Below are positions 1 through 8,710 of a stretch of 64,000 bases of DNA, in pieces. The notes below the pieces were generated by a model. The model had not been told where the DNA came from. It was given only the letters and a program-made list of their open reading frames with translations, and did not search any database. Position 1 is the stretch's first letter. Each line of letters opens with the position of its first letter. The translations under genes and the position numbers were made by a program. Source of the DNA: Blastocatellia bacterium (GTDB lineage Bacteria; Acidobacteriota; Blastocatellia; UBA7656); contig JBKHYJ010000042.1 in NCBI GenBank assembly GCA_046565505.1, positions 67,770 to 131,769 of the forward strand, in the 5' to 3' direction.

Positions 1-1
1 G

Positions 2-442
2 AGCACGGAAGCGCTACGCGAGATAGATTTAGAGATCAGACAAATATATGACGCGCTGCGGGCGCTCGGGCCCGAGAGCCACGCCCCGGCCGAGGCGGCA
101 TTGAATGATAAGCAGGCGGGCTTCCCCGGCGGCGGGTTCACGACCGAGCCGGGCGCAAAGAGCCTCGTCTCCAGGCTGGGATTTTTGGGCCGCGAGCTTA
201 CCCCCCAGCTCGCGAGCTACTTCCAGGCGCGAGGCGGCATTCTGGTGACGGGCATCATGAAGGACAGCGCGGCCGCGCGTTCGGGTCTCAAGGCCGGCGA
301 CGTAATAGAAGGGACCGAGGAGCGCCACCCGCTGACGATGAGCCAAATGGAACAGTTGCTCTCAGTAGAGCATGGGCTTATATCGCTCAAAGTGGTGCGC
401 GAGAAAAAGCCGATCGTAATTAAACTCGACGCCCGGCAGTGA
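2..442 (+). CDS. PDZ-domain protein, C-terminal fragment (gene begins upstream of window; HtrA/Tsp-like or PDZ protein)
   Basis: Frame is open from the window edge with no stop, so the track's ATG at 101 is internal. C-terminal PDZ-like segment (GLKAGDVI ... LKVVREKKPIVIKL). Confidence 0.5.
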   Translation, partial: STEALREIDLEIRQIYDALRALGPESHAPAEAALNDKQAGFPGGGFTTEPGAKSLVSRLGFLGRELTPQLASYFQARGGILVTGIMKDSAAARSGLKAGDVIEGTEERHPLTMSQMEQLLSVEHGLISLKVVREKKPIVIKLDARQ

Positions 443-645
443 GAATTAAAACCGACGCTTTCATTCCGGCAATCCCGGCCCGCCATGCAATTAGTTATCT
501 ACGCCGGTGGCAGGTTCGGGCGCGTTTACTACGCTGCGGCCCGTGGCATTTCCAGGGTCGGCTCTTCGCCGGAGCGCTCAAAACCTCTCTCTGATACGAA
601 GACATCCGCGAGCGACTTCCCGGCCGCCGGGCCAATCTCATCTCC

Positions 646-999
646 CTATTTGAAGTGCCCCCTCACATCATCCACCTTCTTTTCAATCCTCCTGAGCATG
701 TTTATTAAGTCCCTGTCGCCCCCGGCCGCTCCTACTTCTTCATCGTCTTCCGCCCTCGGCCTGTCGTTGTTACTCTCACCCCTGTCGTTGTTCAGGATGA
801 ACTCCACGGCCTTATCAAGCCCTTCCATAAACGAATCCAGGCTCTCCTCAAACACCATCACGCGGTGGCGCTCAGTCTCGCTGCCTACTTGCGTCAACTC
901 CCCTATGACAAGGTATTTTGCCCCATCCCTTGTCTCCTTCACGTCGAAGAAGTAAGTCCTCCTGCTGGTCATGACTTTTTCTGAAAAGATCTCGCTCAT
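646..999 (-). CDS. PUR-alpha-like / DUF3276 family nucleic-acid-binding protein
   Basis: RTYFFDVKETRDGAKYLVI motif is typical of DUF3276 (Pur-alpha-like) proteins. The track start at 1038 is a TTG. ATG at 997-999 (MSEIF...) has a GGAG 6 nt upstream. Confidence 0.55.
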   Translation of the reverse strand: MSEIFSEKVMTSRRTYFFDVKETRDGAKYLVIGELTQVGSETERHRVMVFEESLDSFMEGLDKAVEFILNNDRGESNNDRPRAEDDEEVGAAGGDRDLINMLRRIEKKVDDVRGHFK

Positions 1000-1325
1000 T
1001 GCCATCTCCAATCGCACACATTCAGGTATAAAACGCAATATAGTTTACAATGCCGGGGCGAGTAGAATCGAGCCATCGCATGCCCTGATCGGCCGCGCGG
1101 GCGCAAGAGTCGGCGGCGGGAGATTTACAGACAACCTACCCCCCCGGCCGGACGGCCATGAAAAGTCTGCCGCGCACCTCTATTATTTCATGTTGACTTG
1201 TTTACTTCAGAGCCTGCAGGCATCCTCCGGCATTCGGAGGGCACCTACGGTTGGCAATTAGTTTACGCGAGAAATGCATTTCTCGCGGCGTGAGGTGCGG
1301 CCTCCTGCCAAACCTGTCCGGCAGG

Positions 1326-1706
1326 CTACTTAGATTTCTTGGTGGCGCTTTTCTTTCCGCCTCCGCCGGAGCGTTTGCGAACATTAATCTTCTGCCTCTT
1401 GTTCGCCCCGATAACCTCTATGCCTTTCGTGCCCAGAATTCCGTCAAGCGGGATAGAGACGGTATAAGGCGCAGTCGCAGGCAGGCCGATGCCTGGTAAT
1501 GAGCCGATAACCTCTATCCCCCAATACTCTGGCCTGCGAATGTAGACCAGAGGGCTGAGCTCGACGGTCATGTTGAGATACGGCTTGGTTCCTGAAACTA
1601 CCAGGAAGTAAGCGCCGGGAACTATCCCGCTATGAATCTCGGCATGGTCGAAATCTATAAGCCTGATCGACCCCGAGGTCGGCGCGTTCAAGAAAGCTTC
1701 AATCAT
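1326..1706 (-). CDS. hypothetical protein with Lys/Gly-rich C-terminal tail
   Basis: ATG start with GAGGAG 6 nt upstream. No recognisable family. Confidence 0.45.
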   Translation of the reverse strand: MIEAFLNAPTSGSIRLIDFDHAEIHSGIVPGAYFLVVSGTKPYLNMTVELSPLVYIRRPEYWGIEVIGSLPGIGLPATAPYTVSIPLDGILGTKGIEVIGANKRQKINVRKRSGGGGKKSATKKSK

Positions 1707-1868
1707 ATGTAGCTCCTCTGTTTCTGAGTTGGTTGTGAGGCTGACGCCGACAAAGCGTCGCCGGCAGAATATGAAACCGCTTTGTAACCCTTGTATGCCG
1801 CAAAGATATTCAGGTCGGAATGACGTGTCAATAGCAATTCAAACTACTTGCATCAGCCGGCGGGTGGC

Positions 1869-1906
1869 GCCCGGCCGGTTTCGCCGCCGGACCTAACCGG
1901 CCGGGC
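1869..1906. repeat. perfect 12-bp GC-rich inverted repeat (GCCCGGCCGGTT / AACCGGCCGGGC) with 14-nt loop, intergenic
   Basis: Read directly. Lies between two minus-strand genes. No U-tract follows, so not a canonical intrinsic terminator. Confidence 0.5.
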
Positions 1907-1994
1907 GCGTCGGTCTGACTGCGGCCGGCGCGCCATGTGAGATTTGCTTACCGCGCCCTGGCCGGGCGACTTCCGGCGCCGCCCGACTATGTAA

Positions 1995-2621
1995 TCACAG
2001 CCTCCGCACCGCGGCCAGACTCACCCCCGCGCCGATTAAGAATCCGCCCGCCACTCGATCCAGCAACGCGGGCAACCTCCCCTTCTTTATAACTCTACTG
2101 CCTCGTTCCGCCGCCCACCCATAGATCAGTAGCACGGGGAATTCTACGCCGACCGAAATTATTCCCAGGATTATTAGCTGCTCAAACACTTCGCCGCCGG
2201 GAGACACGAATTGCGGCAACAGGGCGCTGAAAAACACTATTGCCTTGGGGTTCGACAGTTGAGTGACAAGCCCTTCCGAATACAACCTCACGGGGCGTTT
2301 GGGCCTATACATGACTTGATTCGCGCCGCCTTCATACCCTCTGGCGAGGCACATCTTTAATCCGATGAAGATCAGGTAAGCCGCCCCGGCCCACTTGATA
2401 ATGTGAAACAGAGTCGCGGACGCCAAAAGGAGCGCACCCAGCCCGAGTGCCGATAACATAAAGTAGATGGCGTTACCAGTGAGGATGCCCATCGCCCCCA
2501 TCAGACTAGGCTTGAACCCATTTCTCATACTCTGCGATATGACCAGCAGGACGGCTGGGCCCGGCGTCAGTGATAGAAAAAATTCCGTGATGGCGAAAAC
2601 GGCCAATAATCTTAATGACAT
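1995..2621 (-). CDS. LysE/RhtB-family amino-acid exporter
   Basis: 208 aa, about 6 TM segments, LysE-type N-terminal motif (LTPGPAVLLVISQS) and size. Confidence 0.8.
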   Translation of the reverse strand: MSLRLLAVFAITEFFLSLTPGPAVLLVISQSMRNGFKPSLMGAMGILTGNAIYFMLSALGLGALLLASATLFHIIKWAGAAYLIFIGLKMCLARGYEGGANQVMYRPKRPVRLYSEGLVTQLSNPKAIVFFSALLPQFVSPGGEVFEQLIILGIISVGVEFPVLLIYGWAAERGSRVIKKGRLPALLDRVAGGFLIGAGVSLAAVRRL

Positions 2622-2740
2622 TCAAACTCCGAAGACTATCATACATAAATCGGTCCCGGCGGCGGATCGCCGGCCCGGCGGCAAAGCTGAGCCTGCCCAC
2701 GTGACCGCCGCGAGGTGGGTATTTCAGCGGCCCGGAGGCT

Positions 2741-4309
2741 TCAATTGACCGCCGGGGCGGGAGCCGGCGCGCGTCGAATAGTAACCACGCTTCCCGTAGC
2801 CCTCACCTCCAGCACCTTCGCGGCCGAGTCCCAGCTCATCTCGCCGCCCGTGACCATCCCCGGCTCCCATGCCCCCAGCTTGAAGCGCTCTTTTGAATGC
2901 TCGTCGAACTTTGTGTATGTGATCGCCTCAGGCCCATAGCTTATACTCTGAATTACCGAGCTCGTCCGCAGGAGATGGTTCTGATCGTCGGGCGCGAGCT
3001 CCGGCGCCGAGGCCATAGCGCGCAAGTAATGGCGCACGTAGTCCCCGTAACCATCCGTCAGCCATATGTCGTTTTGCGGGTAACGATTCCTCCCGCCCTC
3101 ATCGACCATGTAGGTGGCCCAGCTCAGCCGCCTGATCGCTCCGGCCTTGCGCGAATCGTCCCCGGTTTTCTCCCCGAACAGCAGCTCGACCGAAGCGTGC
3201 CTGGATGTATGACTGTTGCCGGGGACCATGTAGCGCGTTTGTTCATTAATCGGGACGACTCCATACCTGGCCCACCCGCCGTTGCCGAAGGTGGCGGCCG
3301 ACCAATCGAGAATAGATTCCGCATGCCGCCGCCAGTCGGCATCCCACGCGGGGCGCTCTAAGATATAGGCGGCCATAGTATCAGCGTTAGTCTCCGTGTC
3401 GGAATAATGGTGCGTCGGGACGTCTTCAAAGAAGGGCCCCCACCGATTTGTCTTTAGGGGATACGCCTTGATCCAATCGACCAGCATGCGGCGCGCCCTT
3501 TCGTAATCAGCGGCGCGGCCTTCGCCGAGCGCGATCAAATCGTCGTATAGCCGCAACGCGGGAGCCCAGTTGGCGGTATAGGACGCCACGTAAGCCTTCC
3601 CCTTCTTGACCACCTGATGCGCCTCGCCGGTTTTCGCGTTCACGCGGTAAGGCCAGGGCGAATTATCAGCGTCCCCCGGCCGGATCTTTTCCGCCAGAGT
3701 ATCCGCTATCCGTATGGCGACGTCTAAATACTTGCGCGACCCTGTGAGCTTGTACAGCATGACCAGCTCCGCGGCGAATGAAGCCGCCTTGTCCGGTTGC
3801 AAGTAACCCCTGCCCGCCTTCATGTCTCCGTCATATATGCCTGAATGCAGGTCCGTATTGTAAGGGTAAGGGGCATTGGGCCAGGCGTCTGAGGGCTCGC
3901 TGAGGGCATGGTCTATGTAGTAGTCGGCCATGTAGATCATGTCTTCTTTTACCGCCGCGTTGCCGAGGTACTGGTGCAGCAGGTTCCATGAAGAGAGCGC
4001 CATACTCAATTGGTCCCCGCCCAACCCATTAGGGTCATCCGCGCGCCTCTTCCAGACCTGGTGCTGCATGTAATACTTGACGCCGTTGGGGCACAGCCTC
4101 ATGTCCTTCCAGAAATCCCACACCAGCCTGATGTTGTGATCGTATGCCTTCCCGAGGTTGGGCGAAAACCACGGGATGATATTGCCCTCAATATCCGTCT
4201 TGATCGGGTGGTAGATAAGCTCCTCTTGAGGTATGGCCCCGGCCGAGTTTTGCAAGCTCGTGACCGCGAGCGCCAGAATCAATGTAGTAACTACGCCACC
4301 CCTGGCCAT
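2741..4309 (-). CDS. secreted hypothetical protein (signal peptide; possibly an alpha/alpha-toroid glycoside-hydrolase-like fold)
   Basis: N-terminal signal peptide MARGGVVTTLILALAVTSLQNSAGA. GGGGGA RBS. 522 aa, Trp/Tyr-rich. Family not recognised with confidence. Confidence 0.55.
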   Translation of the reverse strand: MARGGVVTTLILALAVTSLQNSAGAIPQEELIYHPIKTDIEGNIIPWFSPNLGKAYDHNIRLVWDFWKDMRLCPNGVKYYMQHQVWKRRADDPNGLGGDQLSMALSSWNLLHQYLGNAAVKEDMIYMADYYIDHALSEPSDAWPNAPYPYNTDLHSGIYDGDMKAGRGYLQPDKAASFAAELVMLYKLTGSRKYLDVAIRIADTLAEKIRPGDADNSPWPYRVNAKTGEAHQVVKKGKAYVASYTANWAPALRLYDDLIALGEGRAADYERARRMLVDWIKAYPLKTNRWGPFFEDVPTHHYSDTETNADTMAAYILERPAWDADWRRHAESILDWSAATFGNGGWARYGVVPINEQTRYMVPGNSHTSRHASVELLFGEKTGDDSRKAGAIRRLSWATYMVDEGGRNRYPQNDIWLTDGYGDYVRHYLRAMASAPELAPDDQNHLLRTSSVIQSISYGPEAITYTKFDEHSKERFKLGAWEPGMVTGGEMSWDSAAKVLEVRATGSVVTIRRAPAPAPAVN

Positions 4310-4482
4310 GTGTCATCCCCCATCGCATTGTTCGATCTAATCCGCCCCCATGAGTCACGAGCCTCTTACGAGGGCGCTGACCTTCGGCGTAGTCGCGGGC
4401 CTGCCGGGCGGGGCCCGCCCGGGAGGACGCGCCCCCGCCGGCACGACCGGGCGTCCTGTCAGCGTTCAATCTATTAGAGAAC

Positions 4483-5145
4483 TTAGTTTTTCGAGGTCGC
4501 TTTTCTTTGGGACTCCGCTGCCTTTTCGTGCGCTCTTTCTAAGGCTTTTATGTAGTCCGCTATCGGGATCAGCCCTACTTTATGCCGCCTCTCGTCCACA
4601 TGTTCTTCGTCTTCTATCGGCGCGAGCGCAACTTTGCCATCGACGAATTCGGCCTGCGTCCCATAGGCCTGCCGCTTCCCTTCCTTCAAAAGCACCCTGT
4701 CGACCAGCATGGCGTATGCTTCCATCGCCAGTTCGCCTCTGTCGGCAGAGGCCTTCAACGCGGGCAGCATCTCCTTTTGAAACTCAATTGATGGGCTTTG
4801 TTGAATCAGCAAGAACACGGCTCGCAAACCGTCCACGCCTACCGCGTCAATGCCGGGCAACCCGTTGGCCTCCATTATTCTTCGCAGGCGCTCGGTATTG
4901 AGCGAGTCAATTCTGTCCATCTCTTCGTTGATATTATTGTCCAGGTACTTCGACGCGAGCGCGCGCTGGCGCACTTCTTGCCCGGCGGCTTGCAGTTGGA
5001 ATATCTCTTTGCGCAGCGACTCGTTATACTCCTGCCCGTGAGCGGCGCCGGCCCGGGCGTTGGCTCTGTCCTGACCGCCGGCAGAAATCGAACCAATCCC
5101 GCACAACAGGAGCGCCGAAAAAACCAGATACATGATTCTCTTCAT
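4483..5145 (-). CDS. secreted hypothetical protein
   Basis: AGGAGG RBS 7 nt upstream of ATG. Signal peptide MKRIMYLVFSALLLCGIGSISA. Confidence 0.6.
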   Translation of the reverse strand: MKRIMYLVFSALLLCGIGSISAGGQDRANARAGAAHGQEYNESLRKEIFQLQAAGQEVRQRALASKYLDNNINEEMDRIDSLNTERLRRIMEANGLPGIDAVGVDGLRAVFLLIQQSPSIEFQKEMLPALKASADRGELAMEAYAMLVDRVLLKEGKRQAYGTQAEFVDGKVALAPIEDEEHVDERRHKVGLIPIADYIKALERAHEKAAESQRKATSKN

Positions 5146-5239
5146 AAGGAGACCTCCTGAATTTCAATCTCGAAAAGGAATGCCGACGTGAAGACCTGTG
5201 GCGTGGCGGGCGCATCGACGCGGCCCGGGGCAACACAAC

Positions 5240-5773
5240 TCATAGGGTGGCCTTCTCCGGGCTCTGGTTATCACTATCTTTCTCCATCTTAATCACGCTT
5301 ATGTGCCCATCCCCCTCAAGGTAACATTTCTTGACTTCCGACACGTTCTCCACCCCTTGCTCTCGTAGCTGGCTAATCAATTCCTCCTCCGAGATCATCT
5401 CGTGGCGCATGTTCTTGCGTAACATGCGCCCGTCCTTTATCAGCAGCAGGGGCGCGGGCCGGACGAAGCGCTGGAAGCGCGGGAACCTGTAACCCAGCCA
5501 GTCAAGCACGTAGTCCCAGAAGGCGATTGTCGAGACCAGGACCGCGCCCTCTGTAACTGATTTGTATTCGCCCGCCATCGCATTCTGCGCCGCGTCGGCG
5601 ATAAGTACAATCACCAGCACGTCCGCGATGCCGATGACCCCCGCCTCGCGCCTGAGCACGCGTAGGAGTACGAACAGAAAGAGGTAAACCAGCGTGCCTC
5701 GTAGAATGATCTCGATAATGCCTACGGACGGGACAAAGACTGACTTCCAATCCACCTGAAGAAAATTCCCCAT
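5240..5773 (-). CDS. YetF/DUF421-family membrane protein
   Basis: Two N-terminal TM helices followed by a conserved cytoplasmic domain (LIKDGRML..N..HE.ISEEEL...LREQG) typical of the DUF421/YetF family. Confidence 0.7.
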   Translation of the reverse strand: MGNFLQVDWKSVFVPSVGIIEIILRGTLVYLFLFVLLRVLRREAGVIGIADVLVIVLIADAAQNAMAGEYKSVTEGAVLVSTIAFWDYVLDWLGYRFPRFQRFVRPAPLLLIKDGRMLRKNMRHEMISEEELISQLREQGVENVSEVKKCYLEGDGHISVIKMEKDSDNQSPEKATL

Positions 5774-5865
5774 ATCGCCGTCTACTATAACCTGCCTCCG
5801 TATAATCGCCTAACGGTTAAGCCCGGCCTTCGCCTCACTCCTCGGCCGGCGGCCGGAAAGTCACC

Positions 5866-6912
5866 TCAAACCTCCAGGTCTTTTTTCCCTTTGTACAGCG
5901 AGGTCAGCTCGCTCTCCGCGCTCTCCTTCGATATTGAATGCTCAATCTTACCAATCAAGGCGGTTAATTCCTCGAACGCCTCGCGGGTCAGAAGCCCTTC
6001 CATCTTCTCCAGCAGGGTCCGCATCTTATCCGTTATGTATGGCATGCGCTCTATCTCTCGGGTCTTGTCCTTCGTCGCCGACACGATCTCGGCATCACCA
6101 AGGTCAGATATGCTGTAGGACACAGTTTCGATAAACTCCTTGATCAGCCTTATGGAGTTGTAATAGCGCGTGGCGAAGTAGCCGGCCGAGCTGCTCATCA
6201 GTTCGTTAGAGAGCGAATTGATCAAGGCCGGGAGACTCGCCTCCGCCCTGTATTGCCTCATAGCGATGTCGGACGCCTTCTGCAATATGGTCACGGAGAT
6301 CATCGGGGAGTAGGCGTCGTTGATTATCCTATCGAGAAGCTCTATCGTGTACCTGACGACCGAAAGGTTGCCGCGTAAAGAAGTGCTGCTATTCTTGAGC
6401 CGCCTGACGGACTCGTCCACCATGTCCGTCTGCTTGGCGCGGTGCCACCCGTTGACGCTGACGAATAACATTAGTTGATTATCTTTGCCCAGGTACTTCC
6501 AGAAATCTTCAGGCGTCGCACCCGGGCCCAGGCGTTGACCGTACTCCGCGGCGACCTCATGTGCGCCAATCAGTAAAGTATTGCCGCTCCTCAATACGTC
6601 ATAAAGGCCTTCGGATTCCTGCGCTATCGTGAAAAGATTTTTTCGGATGCCGTTGGCGGTCTCCCTTAATATTTCGGCCTGCCTTTGCCTCAAGGCGGCT
6701 ATAAAGTCACTAGCGCCACTATGGCGGCGATGGCGGTCGCTATGGACCCGATGGCCGTCATCCACAAGGTTAACGAGTCCTTCATCTCTTCCTCCTTCAG
6801 AAAGCGCCGCGGGGCGGCCGGTTAGTTTATTAGATAATATAGCCCAAAATGATGGGTCGGCAGCGCTGAAAAGCCGGTCTGCTCCGGCCGGAGCTTCCAA
6901 ACGTATACTCAC
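5866..6912 (-). CDS. hypothetical protein (start uncertain; track start is GTG)
   Basis: Long ORF. The C-terminal ~190 aa look protein-like (helical, lower GC). The N-terminal portion may be non-coding read-through. Confidence 0.4.
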   Translation of the reverse strand: MSIRLEAPAGADRLFSAADPSFWAILSNKLTGRPAALSEGGRDEGLVNLVDDGHRVHSDRHRRHSGASDFIAALRQRQAEILRETANGIRKNLFTIAQESEGLYDVLRSGNTLLIGAHEVAAEYGQRLGPGATPEDFWKYLGKDNQLMLFVSVNGWHRAKQTDMVDESVRRLKNSSTSLRGNLSVVRYTIELLDRIINDAYSPMISVTILQKASDIAMRQYRAEASLPALINSLSNELMSSSAGYFATRYYNSIRLIKEFIETVSYSISDLGDAEIVSATKDKTREIERMPYITDKMRTLLEKMEGLLTREAFEELTALIGKIEHSISKESAESELTSLYKGKKDLEV

Positions 6913-7191
6913 ATGGTTGGGTTAAATCTTCTTGCCCGACTATTGAGCCTGCTTTCCGTAAGCAAGAAAGCTGACGGGCGAAACGGGAGCAGCTTAATCA
7001 CGGTAAAGGCGAATGTCAATGCATCCCGCCCGCGCGGAATGAATTGTACGCGGCGTTTATAACTTCAAACCTGCCTGGCGCGGCGTATCCACGCCGTCGT
7101 TCGCTGATTCAAATCGGGTTCTCGAACAACTTCATACTCACCCGGCCCGAATCCGCGGCTATTCATCTACGCGGTTGGCTAACGTCCGTGC

Positions 7192-8139
7192 TCACCGGGG
7201 CCCCGGCGGCGAGTCCCGCTCCAGCTCGCGGCGGTCCCACGCACCCAGGCCGGCGGCCGCGTCATAGCTGCTTTGCAGGAACTCAAGCAACGCCTCATCC
7301 GGCGACGCCGCCCGCCGAACGTCGTCGTAGGGGAAGATAAATTCCCTCAGCGCCGGATCGTAGCCTGCACCCCCCGGGCGCGCCTCAGCGGCATTAAAAC
7401 CGTCCGGCTCGGGATACGCGTAGGCATAGAACACCGGCCGCGGCGCCTGCACACTTCCCGGCCAGAACCCGCAGCTACTCACCTCGTGAGAGTATGCTTC
7501 GCGCGTGACCCAATCCGGCAAATGTGGGACGCCGCCGGGGTGCTCGGGCGCCCGCCGCCCGGAAAAGCGAGTTACGGCCAGATCGAAGCTTCCCCAGAAG
7601 AAATGTACGGGGCTACATTTGCCGATGAAGCGCGCCCGGAATTGCTTGAATACCCGATCAGCCTGTACCAGCGCGCGCCAGAATCTGTTCGCGTAATCCG
7701 CGTCATAGGACGCATGCTCGTAGTCTTTCTCGAACGGGATGGGGGCCGCCACTTCGTTAGGCGTAGCGTGAATCTTCACCTCTAAATTAAGCTCCCCCAG
7801 CTTATCAAATAACTCTGCGTAGAAATCAGCGACCGGGCGCGGCGATAGCCGCATCGTCTTAATCTCCCCCAGGCTTGTTCGGATAAGGAGGCTGTGGTCG
7901 ATGAAATCGAAGTCAATTTGAAACGTTCGGCCGCCATACGGAATGGGCGAAGTCGTCAGGCCGCGCGAGGTGACGTACAGCGTCGAATGCCACGAGTGAT
8001 TGACCCACGGCGTGTGGGCTAGTCTGATTTTGCCTACGACTTGCGTCCACATGTGGAGTGTCGCGCACGTGTCTTGCCACTCTTGAAAAGGCAGGCTCGG
8101 CCATAGGTCGTCGCCGCCGGAAGGACTTGAATGAGTCAT
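7192..8139 (-). CDS. DUF5996-family protein
   Basis: Motifs WQDTCATLHMWTQVVGKIRL and FFWGSFDLAVTRFSGR are characteristic of DUF5996. Start chosen at MTHSS (GGAGAG upstream) rather than the track start at 8193. Confidence 0.6.
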   Translation of the reverse strand: MTHSSPSGGDDLWPSLPFQEWQDTCATLHMWTQVVGKIRLAHTPWVNHSWHSTLYVTSRGLTTSPIPYGGRTFQIDFDFIDHSLLIRTSLGEIKTMRLSPRPVADFYAELFDKLGELNLEVKIHATPNEVAAPIPFEKDYEHASYDADYANRFWRALVQADRVFKQFRARFIGKCSPVHFFWGSFDLAVTRFSGRRAPEHPGGVPHLPDWVTREAYSHEVSSCGFWPGSVQAPRPVFYAYAYPEPDGFNAAEARPGGAGYDPALREFIFPYDDVRRAASPDEALLEFLQSSYDAAAGLGAWDRRELERDSPPGPR

Positions 8140-8710
8140 ATTCTCTCCATTAAGTAGAGGGCCATCTAACGTCTCACACGCCAGGGCACGCAACGCGACA
8201 GCGAATTGCCGATATGAGACTTGCTTTTCGCGCCCAGGTCCACGTGATTGTCGGGCCAGGTGCCGTCATGCGTGCGACCGCGCCGCTGGCGCGTGAGTCG
8301 CCGCCATAAGAATCAGCCGGCCTCGACCTCGCCGAACCTGCTCATTGTATATCAACGCAGGCTCTGCATCACGCCGATGCCGCGCGGCCGCGCCCGGGGC
8401 GACGGCACTCCATGCAGCCGCCCGCCTGCGCGCTTTCATCACCGCATCACGCGCGGCGTCTAACCCCACATTGCATATCCCGGCTCCCATGTCGCGCGGC
8501 CTTCCCTCTCGCCCGAGGTCGGCCCTATTCAGTCCGCCCGGGCCTGTAGATACGGCGATTCAAACATCCACGGGCGCAAGCAGGCGAGTAGAGAGAACTT
8601 GAGTAATGCAGACAATCAAATTATACTGTCGGCCAGTAGAGGCTTCCGAAATTCATTATCGCCCGCTTCGGCCCTTTCACGGTTCGTCGAGAGATCGGAG
8701 GGAACACAGT

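Noticed and set aside
1869-1906. 12-bp perfect GC inverted repeat as a rho-independent terminator
   Set aside because: No downstream U-tract in either orientation. Kept only as a repeat/hairpin.
4350-4901. 183-aa plus-strand ORF in the 4310-4482 intergenic region extending into the neighbouring gene
   Set aside because: It overlaps the well-supported minus-strand secreted-protein gene (4483-5145) antisense. Arg/Pro-rich translation.
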